A stretch of DNA of 64,000 nucleotides from NCBI GenBank assembly GCA_905178155.1, contig CAJINV010000008.1, positions 1,488,001 through 1,552,000 on the forward strand. The letters run 5' to 3'. The notes under the pieces are model-generated. The model was not told where the DNA came from and did not search any database. It worked only from the letters and a program-made list of their open reading frames with translations. This stretch comes from Amoebophrya sp. A120 (Eukaryota > Protista > Dinoflagellata). The position numbers and the translations under genes are program-made. Positions 23,801 to 35,974 of the stretch are shown piece after piece; positions within the stretch are counted from its first letter, which is position 1; every line of letters begins with the position of its first letter.

Positions 23801-26708
23801 ATGTCAGCCCTTGGAGCAACGCCGGCGGCGTTTTTGTTGCTCCTTTGGTCGTCATCTAAAGTTTCAGTTGTCCGCGCAGATCTGCCGGTGCATTGCATCC
23901 GCCCACAGGTTGCGGGCAACTGGAAATTCCACTTGGGACCGGCCAGCAAGACTCGCTCCACCTGTGGTCACGCGACTCCGGATGTCGACAGCAAGCAGCC
24001 CGATTTGACGAAGTTCTTCAAAGACTCGGAAACAAAGACGCTGGATATTAAACTGGAAAATCCCCTGGTGGCCCGTGTGGGCGCGGACAAGACCGGCAAG
24101 TGGACCATGATCTACGACGAGGGTATCTCGGTGCAGAGCAAGGACTACGAGTTCTTCACCTTTTCGCACTTTGAGAAACCCACCAAGCCCAGTGTGCACG
24201 GGAAGAAATATTTTCGTTCCTTCTGTGGGAGATCGGAGGTCGGCTGGTAAAAGTCAGATCTATTTTCAGATAGATTGTTGTACGAAGTATCTTTAGCTTC
24301 ATGTACGAAGTATCTTTATCGTCCATGGACTAGCACATCATTGCATTTTCATCATCTACGACGCCTCGGCACCTACGGGAGAACTACTATCCTTGAAAAG
24401 GGTTCTTCACCTTCTACTTAAGGTATCGCGAGACTGCGACCGGCTTGTTCGGTTGTTTCAAGGCTGAGAAGGCGAATGCAGCGCAACAGAATCTGGCGTT
24501 TTACCATCTCTCCTTGTTGGAGGAAAAAAAGCGGGCCATGCGCAACAGCCGGAATTATAAATCGGCAACTGCAAAATCAAAAAAAGCCACGACGGGTTTT
24601 CTGGCGGCCAAGAAGCAGACCGCGGAAGAGGACCAGGTCCAGACTGTTCGCTTCGAGGACGATTTCCGGGCGGAGAAGGTAGACCACTCAGAAGTCGTGT
24701 CCAGCATCAACGCGCAGCAAACTACCTGGACCGCGACCAAATATTCCGACGAATTTCTGCAGCAGAAAATGCGCCAACTGCAGAAACGCGGCCGGAATAA
24801 ACCTACCAGCGAACAACATCAAGCATATCCAGGAAAAAACACCCATCCCCATCCAATTTGTCATGCAAAACATGCATAAAGATAAAATCCACTATTTGTC
24901 ATACAAAAAATGGATGGGGATGGGTGTTTTTTCCTGGATAAAGCAAGTGTGAGTGCTACTGCTACCCCGTCTACGAAGCTGGCCAAGGCCAAGGGAAAAA
25001 GTGTAGCGGCAACGTTGCAGAAGGACCAGGGGCCGGAGCAAGAAGACGCCTCGCAGAAGATTCTCGAGGACTTGCCGTCGAATCACAGTTGGGACAACGT
25101 CGATGGGGAAAACTACTTGGAACCGATTCTGGATCAATACGACGGAATGCCTTTGAGTCGATCAGGGAACGAAAATCGTTAAAACGAGATTTGACTGTTG
25201 AAGCTGTGAATGCGATGAATATCGCTCTCATTACTTGTTGCGACGAAGTTGAATTGTTTGGTGTTTGAAGTGGAACAACGTTCAACGACCACAAGGACGA
25301 GGCGTGCATGATTTAGTAAACTTTTCTTGCCGAAGCAGAAGTGGAGCTCGTGAATTTTGATGATGCGTGCCTGTAATATGTGCAACACCCGCCACCCAGG
25401 AAAGCGAGAGGCACAAATCGCATCAAGATCAATATCAAAAGAAAATGATGAGAATTATCAAATCAATATGTAGTGGTCCGTGAATTTGAATATCATGCAA
25501 TAGGAATATAAAAGCGAATTAGTCCCCCCCGACTCAAGATTTTCATACAATATTCGAGCGGATTGTGGGTCTTGCTACGCAGTGTCGTCCGTGCACATGC
25601 TTTCCGCTCGGTACCGCGTGCAACAGAAAAACGCCAAACTGCCGGGCTTTAGCATCAATTTTCCGCTGTATTGCTCGGACCTGAACCAGGGCTGCCAAGG
25701 CGGCTATCCCTCGCTGGTTTCCATGTGGTCCAAGCACGTCGGCTTGATCCCGAAAGAATGCGCCGGGCCGTACTTCACCTCGGACACAATCACGTGCAAG
25801 CGAATGTTCGAGGAAAATTCTCTGCTGGATGTGACGCCCAAGAACACCGCGTCCTCCAGCACTGCTCTCGATACCAACACGTTAAGAAAGGCGAGTCACC
25901 GCAGAGCCCCCTCCGTTCTGCAGCTCATGTCGACAAAGAAAAACTCCAAGGCGGGGTCGACGCGGCGCCGAAGCGACAGCGAACGCAAAAATTCAAAATT
26001 TTCCCAATGCGTGAAGAAGGCCGAGGAAAGCCACCAGGTCGCCAAGGTGCACCACTGGAACTACATCGGGGTATCCTCTGCAGAAGTATCGTGCTCGCAG
26101 GTATTCCAGCACAGCATGAAAGAACTAGAATTGGTCGCTTAGCAGGGGCATCAGCATTACACACTTCGGACTTTTTGTTGGAAACTGAGTTTCCAACTCG
26201 TACTAACGCGGCCGCTCTATTCTTTCATTGTAATAACGAATTTTTTTTGTCCCTAGTGCGATACTTTTGCAGCGCATACGGTGGTTATTATGGGAACTGC
26301 AACGTCGTCGGTATGATGCAAGACCTGTACAAATTTGGTCCCTTGGCTGTGGCGCTCGAGCCGGGAATGGACTTCATGTACTACCGGTCAGGGGTGTACA
26401 AGTCGCAGCCAATCAAGACCGACCAGCCCTGGGTGAAGGTGGATCATGCGGTGCTGCTAATCGGCTGGGGCGAAGAGCCCGCCAGCAAGGAAACGGCTCT
26501 CGCGAAGAAGCCCGCGCGCCCCCAGCCGTTTTGGACCATCCAGAACAGCTGGGGCAGCTCTTGGGGCGAAAACGGGAACATCCGCATTGCCCGGGGCGAA
26601 AACGAGAGCGGCGTCGAGTTCCAGGCGGTGGCTGCGTACCTGGAAGAGGGAAAGGCGCAACCGGTTTTGGACTACGTCTTCGATAGCATTCTGAACGACG
26701 AACTGTGA
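23801..26708 (+). CDS. Cathepsin C / DPAP-like cysteine protease (second paralog); exons approx. 23801-24246, 24423-24825, 24945-25137, 25558-26071, 26284-26708
   Basis: Signal peptide, exclusion-domain motifs ADLPVHC..GNWKFHLG and WTMIYDEG; DQADCGSCY, NQGCQGGYP, YIGGYYGNC, DHAVLLIGWG, QNSWGSSWGENG. Confidence 0.92.
24826..24939. mobile_element. Introner F7 (TATCCAGGAAAAAACACCCATCCCCATCC), 114 bp
   Basis: Near-perfect ~30-bp TIR; DR AAGCA. Confidence 0.9.
26072..26278. mobile_element. Introner F2-like
   Basis: DR CGGGG/CGGTG; removal gives YIGGYYG. Confidence 0.87.
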
Positions 26709-27567
26709 ATGATGTAATCGCTTTCTTTTTCTTTTCCGACAAGCAGAATGAGGCAAAGGCTTGCTCTTTCTGACGAGCAGCTGTACTTTTTTCTATGATT
26801 TTATTGTTTCTGGCCAAGAAAAATGTCCCCCTTGCAATTTAGGGCAGCGCAAAAATACTGCATGTATCGGGCAGTAATACGAGGAAGTACCTCATATGTT
26901 CTTGTTAGTCGCTGGTCGTTTTCGTCAACTGGTGTCCTCCGTCATTCTCGTTCCCGTTCGTGTCCTTAATATACAACTCATAGCGCACCATTGTACGTGT
27001 CCTGGAGTTGGAATATGAAGTTCCAGTAGAAATCATTGGTGAACACGAGAGTCCGCGCAAACGTAACGGAGTCGTCGTCTGTATTGTATGTAATTTGTGC
27101 TTGTAGTTTCGTATGGTCGCCACGACTCGAAATCCACATCGCAGAAGAACAAGAGTGTGAGCCGACGAATCGCATAAGATTTCAGGAGGAGATCACGCGT
27201 GGACCACGACAACTGATATTTATTTTGTCCCAGAAGACGATGAGGCCCCGCCCCACACAAGCACTGTAGAAGTTTTACTTTTACCTGCTAAGCATCGAAA
27301 ATACAATATCAAAGATCTAAAATCGGCAGTGCCGCGCTTCCCCGGTGCTGCTGCGCCGGGGCGGAGGAGGAGGCCCGAGGCGGGCGGGGTCGGCAGCTTG
27401 ATGAAAATGCATTCTTCTCCGAAAGCATCTGATAAAAATCATCCAGCTTTTCCAGCGACACAATTCCCTTACATGCCACGCATTACAGGTTTTCTCTGTC
27501 TTGTAGAGCAAATTTGTGATGCTGTCGACCAAAGATAGGTGCACTAACACAGTTTTTTTCTTGGATA

Positions 27568-28007
27568 CAGGCCACCGAAAAAGCAGTTTCCGGTGCCGGA
27601 AGAGGGGTCCAGGGATCCGAATCACGAATGGACGTTTCAGTATCAAATGCAAAAATGTCTGCGTCTCGGAGGATGGAACTTGTGATGCGTCCTGTGGGTT
27701 ATACAAAAATCTGTGTTGCGTGATCACCAAAAGTTTTCCTTTTTTGACCAACATGAGCGGGAGTTTCTCATTGCAGGTTCAGCATGATAGGGACTTCGTA
27801 GAATCCGTCATGCTAGGTCCTGCATTCCAGACCTCATGGGGCATGGAAAATATGCATGACAAGTCTGCATTCTTCCAGACCCAGACACTTTTGCATTTGA
27901 TAGTCAGACATTAAGGGACTACGACGGGGACAAGAACCGCATGTACATAGGAGTCTGCGGATTGGTTTTCGACGTACAGGAAAGCGACAACTTTAGGCCG
28001 GATTTTG
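27568..28007 (+). pseudogene. Fragment of a cytochrome b5-like heme/steroid-binding (MAPR-type) gene
   Basis: After introner removal: EWTFQTLRDYDGDKNRMYIGVCGLVFDV; no start or C-terminal half evident. Confidence 0.7.
27641..27902. mobile_element. Introner F1
   Basis: TIR; DR TTCAG/GTCAG. Confidence 0.87.
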
Positions 28008-28432
28008 GTATTTTATTCTGAATAGTGTGTCGTCCTCGTCAGTGCTGCTCCGACTAATTATTTCGCATGAAGTTTATTGTCATCCCTGTTTTATTCGTAG
28101 GCCCACGACATGATCATGATGCGAAGATCGATCGTCTCAATCTCAATGTAGCTTCACCAAGGATCACGAATTACCGGAGAACGAGGAGCCGCTAGATCTG
28201 GTACAGCTACGACGAGGACCCAGCAAAACAAGATCAACCTAACATCTGAGGAACCAACCACGCAACAAGAATCCTCGTGGATCCAGGCGAAGCCAAGTTT
28301 CAGCAGTACGAGAGGGATTGTCCCGCAGTTGTTATCTGGACAGGTGGCAGGACGAGCTCAGCAAGCACATGGGGCGAGTAAAAATGGATTGCAGGAGCAT
28401 GATGGGGGACCTGCTCAGCTTCTCGGTGGTGC

Positions 28433-28717
28433 TATGCTGAGTAAAAAAGTACCCACACCAGAGTCAAGATGGGGATTTTGCAACACAAACCTTGATGAAG
28501 TTTTGGGAGCCACGCATGACAAATTGCAGGCTGTATTGTAATGCAGTTTAGCAAGGGAAACCGCATTACATCAAACTTATCTGCTTATCCTGTTTACAGC
28601 ATTACAAGTTCCAAAACACAATTGGAAATGGCTCTCATGGGGATGCGCATTACAAGTCTTCCTGGTTTTGCAAATCTGCATTACAACTCTGGTGTGGGTA
28701 CGTTTTTACTCAGGATA
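28433..28717. mobile_element. Introner F3
   Basis: TIR; DR GGTGC. Confidence 0.87.
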
Positions 28718-28831
28718 GGTGCAGATGAGTTCCCGCAGTTGATGCAGTGGATGAACATCATAGCGCCGGCACTTGAAAATGCATTCTTCTCCGAAAGCAT
28801 CTGATAAAAATCATCCAGCTTTTCCAGCGAC

Positions 28832-29870
28832 AGTACCGGGTTGTCGTGGATGAACACCGTCATACGGTATCCTGAGGAAAAACGTCCCCAACCCGTAGTT
28901 GTCATGCAGATTGGCAACGACAAGCAAACTTGTGATGCGCATCCCCATGAAAGGCGTTTTCGATCGTGTTTTGAAATCTGTGATGCTGTACACAGGATGA
29001 GCAGCTGGGTTTGTAATGCGGATGACCTTGCTAACCTGCACTACACTACAGACGGCAACTTGTCATGCGCTACAGCCAAAACTTCTGGATTTGTGTTGCG
29101 AGATCCCCATCTTGACTCTGGGGTGGGAACGTTTTCACACAGGATATCCGGATGGAGTTCATCATGTCCATCGACATGGAGCGGAGCGCCGGGTTTTCCC
29201 TGATGTGAACCTCACCCCGGACATTCCCGCCAATGTTCATGAAAAGTAAATCGGGATTGCTGTGCAAAATAATCGACGTCCGGTCTTGCGCGGTGACCCC
29301 GATATAAGCGAAGTCCAACGTTGTGGTGGTGGTCGTGGTCGTTGTCGGGGGTAACGTCGTGCTTCCATCATCGGAATTCGACTCAAACACCACCAAGCTC
29401 GGACCGGAAAGGGTTGGTGGCCCCGCCGTCGCGAGCAGAACTTGCCCGGGGCCGGCGACAACCGCCGTTTCGGTTGTCAACAGGTTCCCGTCTCCGTCTC
29501 GCTCCCCCACTCGCGGCCAGTCGATCGGCGGACCGGTTCGTGGCGTGTTGAAGAAGTTCGCTAGCGGGTTCAGGGAATTCCCATACGCCATTAACAAGTA
29601 CTGGAGCTTCATGTTGTTCGTGATCTCGATGTTGTTGCTGATGTAGGTGACTCGGGGGAAATTCATGCTGTTCGCGATCGGGTTCGACCGCGTGATCCAT
29701 CGCCGGGTGCTGTACGTATACTGCCCGAGCGGATTTTCCGCCGTGGTGAAACCCATCTGTGTAGTTGTGAGAGCACGAGGAGAGGAGGAACCTTGTTGTT
29801 CAAGTCCAGGCTGACCACCACCACCGTCTTCAGATTTATTGTTCTTTATTTCATCTGGGTAGTGCGTCCG
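28832..29870 (-). pseudogene. Internal fragment of a Thr-rich, probably surface, protein with L-domain/beta-solenoid-like repeats (I.NN..L, I.ENP.L, IHDNP.L)
   Basis: Open minus-strand frame that continues across an introner; truncated at both ends by array B joints. Confidence 0.55.
28868..29146. mobile_element. Introner F3 in a minus-strand gene fragment
   Basis: DR TACGG/TCCGG; removal gives NSIRMTVFIHDNP. Confidence 0.85.
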
Positions 29871-30055
29871 ATAACCCGGCTCCGAAAGCATCCATAATAG
29901 TCTTCTCCGAAAGCATCTGATAAAAATCACCCACCTTTTCCAGCGACACAATTCCCTTACAAGCCACGCATTACAGGTTTTCTCTGTCTTGTAGAGCAAA
30001 TTTGTGATGCTGTCGACCAAAGATAGGTGCACTAACACAGTTTTTTTCTTGGATA

Positions 30056-30495
30056 CAGGCCACCGAAAAAGCAGTTTCCGGTGCCGGAAGAGGGGTCCAG
30101 GGATCCGAATCACGAATGGACGTTTCAGTATCAAATGCAAAAATGTCTGCGTCTCGGAGGATGGAACTTGTGATGCGTCCTGTGGGTTATACAAAAATCT
30201 GTGTTGCGTGATCACCAAAAGTTTTCCTTTTTTGACCAACATGAGCGGGAGTTTCTCATTGCAGGTTCAGCATGATAGGGACTTCGTAGAATCCGTCATG
30301 CTAGGTCCTGCATTCCAGACCTCATGGGGCATGGAAAATATGCATGACAAGTCTGCATTCTTCCAGACCCAGACACTTTTGCATTTGATAGTCAGACATT
30401 AAGGGACTACGACGGGGACAAGAACCGCATGTACATAGGAGTCTGCGGATTGGTTTTCGACGTACAGGAAAGCGACAACTTTAGGCCGGATTTTG
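30056..30495 (+). pseudogene. Second copy of the MAPR/cyt-b5-like fragment
   Basis: Duplicate of 27568-28007. Confidence 0.7.
30129..30390. mobile_element. Introner F1 (duplicate of 27641)
   Basis: Same sequence and flanks. Confidence 0.87.
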
Positions 30496-30920
30496 GTATT
30501 TTATTCTGAATAGTGTGTCGTCCTCGTCAGTGCTGCTCCGACTAATTATTTCGCATGAAGTTTATTGTCATCCCTGTTTTATTCGTAGGCCCACGACATG
30601 ATCATGATGCGAAGATCGATCGTCTCAATCTCAATGTAGCTTCACCAAGGATCACGAATTACCGGAGAACGAGGAGCCGCTAGATCTGGTACAGCTACGA
30701 CGAGGACCCAGCAAAACAAGATCAACCTAACATCTGAGGAACCAACCACGCAACAAGAATCCTCGTGGATCCAGGCGAAGCCAAGTTTCAGCAGTACGAG
30801 AGGGATTGTCCCGCAGTTGTTATCTGGACAGGTGGCAGGACGAGCTCAGCAAGCACATGGGGCGAGTAAAAATGGATTGCAGGAGCATGATGGGGGACCT
30901 GCTCAGCTTCTCGGTGGTGC

Positions 30921-31202
30921 TATGCTGAGTAAAAAAGTACCCACACCAGAGTCAAGATGGGGATTTTGCAACACAAACCTTGATGAAGTTTTGGGAGCCA
31001 CGCATGACAAATTGCAGGCTGTATTGTAATGCAGTTTAGCAAGGGAAACCGCATTACAAACTTATCTGCTTATCCTGTTTACAGCATTACAAGTTCCAAA
31101 ACACAATTGGAAATGGCTCTCATGGGGATGCGCATTACAAGTCTTCCTGGTTTTGCAAATCTGCATTACAACTCTGGTGTGGGTACGTTTTTACTCAGGA
31201 TA
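30921..31202. mobile_element. Introner F3 (duplicate of 28433)
   Basis: DR GGTGC; 3 bp shorter than the first copy. Confidence 0.87.
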
Positions 31203-31316
31203 GGTGCAGATGAGTTCCCGCAGTTGATGCAGTGGATGAACATCATAGCGCCGGCACTTGAAAATGCATTCTTCTCCGAAAGCATCTGATAAAAATCATC
31301 CAGCTTTTCCAGCGAC

Positions 31317-31562
31317 GGGTGGCAACGTGCACGTAGAGACGCAGCAAGCGGCGTCCTCCAACAGGTTCGTGTCCAGTTCCAAGAGCGGCCAGAGGCTCAC
31401 CGGCTTCTCCATGGCGCACATGCGGCAAAACCGGTTTTTCCCGAACTGGTAGTCTCCACAGTAGGGGCAGTACCAGTCGCATCGTCGGTAAAAGCGTCCC
31501 CGCCCCAGGTTTGTCACGAGAAACACAAGCGCACCACACTTTGCCTCCCCCTTTGCAACCAA
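31317..31562 (-). pseudogene. RanBP2-type zinc-finger gene fragment
   Basis: DWYCPYCGDYQFGKNRFCRMC fits W-x-C-x2-C...C-x2-C; cut by a joint; stops upstream. Confidence 0.6.
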
Positions 31563-32959
31563 AAGCGTAGCACACTTCTATCAGCATTATCAGTGGGAAC
31601 TAGGTCTTTCAACCCAACCTCCCAATTTTCCGGGCAAGCGTTACCGTTAGTAACTTTCCCTCCCCAGATTTGCATGCCCCAGACGTTTCTCATGTGCAGC
31701 TCCACCAGGAGCATAGTAATCTAGTGCCGTTTTGGACTTTGACGTCAAGCCAGAATCAAGATAACGTGATCGATTTGCGATGTGGCTGCACTAGCGAACC
31801 ACGACTACACTGGGAGCCCAAGCCTGGTGTCATGCGTAACGGCTAAGCATTATCGTCGATTTGCGTAGCATAGTGTAGTAGTTTTCCTCTGCATAGTGTA
31901 GTACTATCTGCAAGGCGGGGACGTAGTTCTTACTGGGAATAAGTCGCCCGGCCGCGTCATCCCCGGCCGCACGTTGCTCTTTTTGTTCCGCATGGTATTC
32001 CTCTAGCTTTACAGAGGTCGCAGCAATCTCGCCGGATATATAACACCCCTGCCCTTGGTCGAGATGTTGCGCTACCCGATCAATGCATACCAAGCAGAGT
32101 TGTAGATCACAAACAGTGGGGCCGTGCGCAGCCGATTGCGCGCTTCGCTTGATGATATGAAAAGTCGCATGTTTATGTTTTTAGACAGAAATATCGAGCA
32201 TCGTCTTCAACGGATTTACTACTACTGGACTTTGTACAGAAGCGATCATGTAGAGCTTGTGGCTTACAGATACAGCAAACCGCTCGCAAACAATATAAAT
32301 CAAAAACATTTTTTGAAGCAAGTCTGAAGAAAAAAAAACACAAGAAAGGACAACAGCCTGGCTGTTGCTAACGCCGTCACTGCGATGACGAATGCGAGAA
32401 CTGCGCTCCATTACCTCGTCCAGAAGCGTAAGCCAACCCCTGTGATAGAAAACGTAGAAAAACATCTGATATTCATATATCGTATAGTAAAAAACGACGA
32501 TGAAAACGGGATAATATCCAGCATCGTAGGATGCTGGATATTATTTATCAGACTTTTCCAGCTGGAAAAGGTGGATGATTTTTATCAGATGCTTTCGGAG
32601 AAGGTGTAAGTAGAAAAACATCTGAATACACATTCATCTCTGCAACAGTCTGACCGCCATCCAGGTTCTCCATCAACACCTTCTCAAGGATTCTTCGGCT
32701 CCACGTCGTCGCTGAGGCTGACGCCTTACGACGTGCATGATTATCCTCCTGACCCAGTGCGGCAAGGTCTGAACAGCGCAAAGAACGTGCGAACTACGCA
32801 AGAAAGAAAAGGCGAAGGATTTTTGCCGCAGGGCTTCGTGCTGGCAGTTCCACTTGCCCCATTGGCACGAGTACGAGAAGCGCCGCAGCACTCGTGTGGA
32901 CCTTGCTTGACCACCGCTTCCGCACTGCATCCGGCGGATAAACCACAGAGGTTGTCAGC

Positions 32960-35825
32960 ATGGGGTGTCTGACGCAAACTCGAATTTGGTATATCACGCT
33001 GCTGTTCAATATTGTGAATTTCTGCGTCTTCATCGCTGCCGGATATTACCCTTGGTACTCCCGGCCGGGAGAACCACCGCCGAACACCAAAGAAGTGCCC
33101 TGGATCGAGGAATCATTTAACGACCGGGCGCACGTAAACGGCTTGTGGCGGGCGGCAGCGCTCATCGGCGTCCTAGGTGGCGCCCTGTGTAGCGGAATTT
33201 GTATCGTGCTGTTGACCTGCGGAGAGCAGCTCATTAGTGCTGCGACGGTAAGAATCTACTGAATTTTGGAACAAAAGTAGAAAACGCTTCGATGATGAAT
33301 TACTGCTCAATTTTGTTATTACTACTTCCAAACCATCATTTGAAATATCGTTTCACTTTCAGGGCGCGTGGAGTTGGCTTTCCTGGGGCCTGAAAGCAAA
33401 GCTCACGTTTTCTTATTGTGCGGAAAAATCTCTCCTCACCATAAGCAAAAAAAGAGACTTCTCATTGTCGATTTGTGTACACGACAAATTGCATGATTGC
33501 TAATAGACGGCAAGAAAGAAGCACACTTGCGGCCTCGTTCGCAGGCAAATTATCGCACTATCCCTGGTAGTACAGTTGCTGGGTTGCTTCTTACAGTTTT
33601 GAACAAGACGCAAGGCTTTACTTTTGCACCAGCCAGCACTACAGCCAGCATCCCCTCCCTGTCAGCACGACAACTCGACTTGTAAGGAATCACAAACCAT
33701 GCTAGACAGATGCAAATCTCCGTTTGAGAACGGGGGAGGCGGATTTTTCCTTACCATATTTCCGGCGCACTATTTCAAACCAAAGCCGCTTTCTTGTGCC
33801 TCGCGGCCGCCAACATGCTCACTGTCCCGGACAAAGTCCAGGATCCGGGCCAACCTGGAAAGATTTACCACGACCAATTTAGCAGGGGATTCCTGTACTC
33901 CTGCATTTCTTCTTCCTTATTTTCTAGTACTTCACAGTGGTCACAAAGGTGCACTATAAGTAATTGCATATTGAATTGTTCCGAAATCATGGCAGCACAA
34001 GCCAGAAGCAGAGAGAGTGACAATGCACATCTCCTGCTCTAAACTCAGGTTTGTAATTGGGTCCGTGTTCAATGCGTGCGTTATTGATCTCCTTCTAGTG
34101 TATTACCCGTGTGCCCCGAGCGATGGCTCCAGCTGGTGGAACAGCAGCACGAGCACCGCCGATCCGTCCGAGTGGTTGTTTAGCACGGGCGCAGAGGAGG
34201 AAGAAGATGACGCTGTAAAAGCCCGCCTTTCTTCCCATGGGGTCGATCGTGCAATGCAAGAAGACGCGGATATCCGGAAAAAAATGGAAGAAGGTAAGTA
34301 GTGGTACCTATTTCTCTTGTAGACTGTGACTGTCGCGCTCTTGATAAACGTAAGCTACCAGAGCTCTATACTAGAGGAAATGCCAGAGGGCAGCAACGTA
34401 GAGAGATCTTTTTATTCTTCATCATCCGCGCAGCGATTGGTCATTGGTCTGGCAGCTAGACCGCTTGGAAGTTTTGATGATGTGATCAGCAAAAGATAAA
34501 ATAAAAACAGAGCAAAACCTGAGCTGGGCCTCAGTATTTGGACTCGAAGAGTCGGAAGAAGACAAGAAGGTGGAGCGAAAGCAGACTGCCGAGACAGGAA
34601 AAATTGACTTTCGTCCGATGTTTTCGGACGATGACGATGATTCTGACGCCGGACTACCACCACCAGACGCGCCGGCAATTCAAGCTAAAGAAACGACCAA
34701 ACCGCTTCCGCAGAAAAAGAGAAGGGAAGACTCGGCGACGCCGGCCCATGCTCACCTTCCGGTCGTGATTAACCGAGGCCGAGAGGCTTCCGATTTATCT
34801 TCATAAAAATCCCACCTCCTGGTCATTATTCTTGCAAAGTGCCATTTTGTGTGAGATCAATATAGAATTACGATTTGCATAACATTACGTCTTGTATAGA
34901 GAATAAAATCAAGCAGCAAGAGAGCAGAAACAGCAAGCCCTGGTAAGTAGATTGCAGCGGGGTTGCACAGTACTAGTGCGACAGAGCAATCAATTTGCGC
35001 CCGCTCAAAATATTTCAAGCACACACGACAAGTCATTGTTTTCTGCGCATGATGAAGGGCGGTCTGTAGTAGTTCTGATCGATTTGGCACGACAAATGCA
35101 AATGTGCTCGTCGAGGAGCATGACAAGGAGGCAGTTTTGCTCAGGATCCGACTCGAGCGATGACCAGCCAGTACCGTACGAGGGCATCAAAACGTCGGAG
35201 GTGCCGCTGCGCGAGATAAAGCACTCCTATCCCACAGAAAAAAGTTACTAGCATGATGTCCCATTTATTTGAAACATGCGAGAATTAGAATAAATACAGA
35301 GAAAAATTTTCCGTGGGCCGCAGGCCCATAGCCATAGCATGCTGCTGCAGACGTGCAAAGCATGAAGCGCTTTTTTGTATTCATGTAGTTCAAGTTCTCT
35401 CTTTCACCAGTTGCGGTTGGAGAAGGCGCTCAGCTGACGAGGTTTGTCGGACTCCAAAGACGTCCCTACATCATCACTCATTCATTCCATGCTCATTTAT
35501 CTTTGACCTCCTACCTTTAGTACCGCTACAAACAAGAAGCATGATATGCCAGTTTTTTGTCTGGGATAACTCCGACGAGCCCGCCAAAGAGGCCAGCGGA
35601 GCAAAGGTCGGCGCGGACGAGGAGGGCGCCGCCAAAGACTTCCAGAACTTTTTTCAGAACTTGTTTTCCCCAGCTGACGAGGACGAGGATTCCAAGAATC
35701 CAGAAAACACAACTAATGGCAACCACACCGCTACGGCTACGGCTACGCACGACAGAGACGGCCAAGAAGACGGTGGAGCAGGCCCCGAGGAGGAGGAAGG
35801 TTTCTTCGCGGGCTTGTTTGGCTGA
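32960..35825 (+). CDS. Multi-exon membrane protein with acidic C-terminal region, unknown function; exon structure uncertain
   Basis: First exon has two hydrophobic helices and ends at a GT donor (~33248). Further coding-like segments at ~33740-33895, 34050-34293, 34535-34765, 35145-35240 and 35553-35825. Confidence 0.5.
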
Positions 35826-35974
35826 TACTTACTTCTTCTGAGAAGGAGCGATAATCGCGGCGGGCTCGACGCCGCATATTTCTGAACAAGAAGAAGTGCT
35901 CCCGTTCGTCCTTTCCATCGCCGTTCACTGCATGGGCATGGGCGATTTCTTGTGACAGCACGAGATGAATGGCG

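Larger units (their letters stand above)
27402..32603. repeat. Array B: joint TCTTCTCCGAAAGCATCTGATAAAAATCATCCAGCTTTTCCAGCGAC at 27402-27459, 28774-28831, 29901-29947, 31259-31316 and inverted at 32561-32603, separating gene fragments; cargo 27460-28773 is duplicated at 29948-31258
   Basis: Copies read directly; the duplicated cargo is near identical (offset 2488; one substitution and a 3-bp indel noticed). Confidence 0.9.

Noticed and set aside
27317-30402. Repeated ORFs such as 27516-27914, 30004-30402 and the N-terminus of 29070-30242
   Set aside because: They are translations through introner and joint sequence (recurring IKCKNVWV, LCKSIVLV peptides), not proteins.
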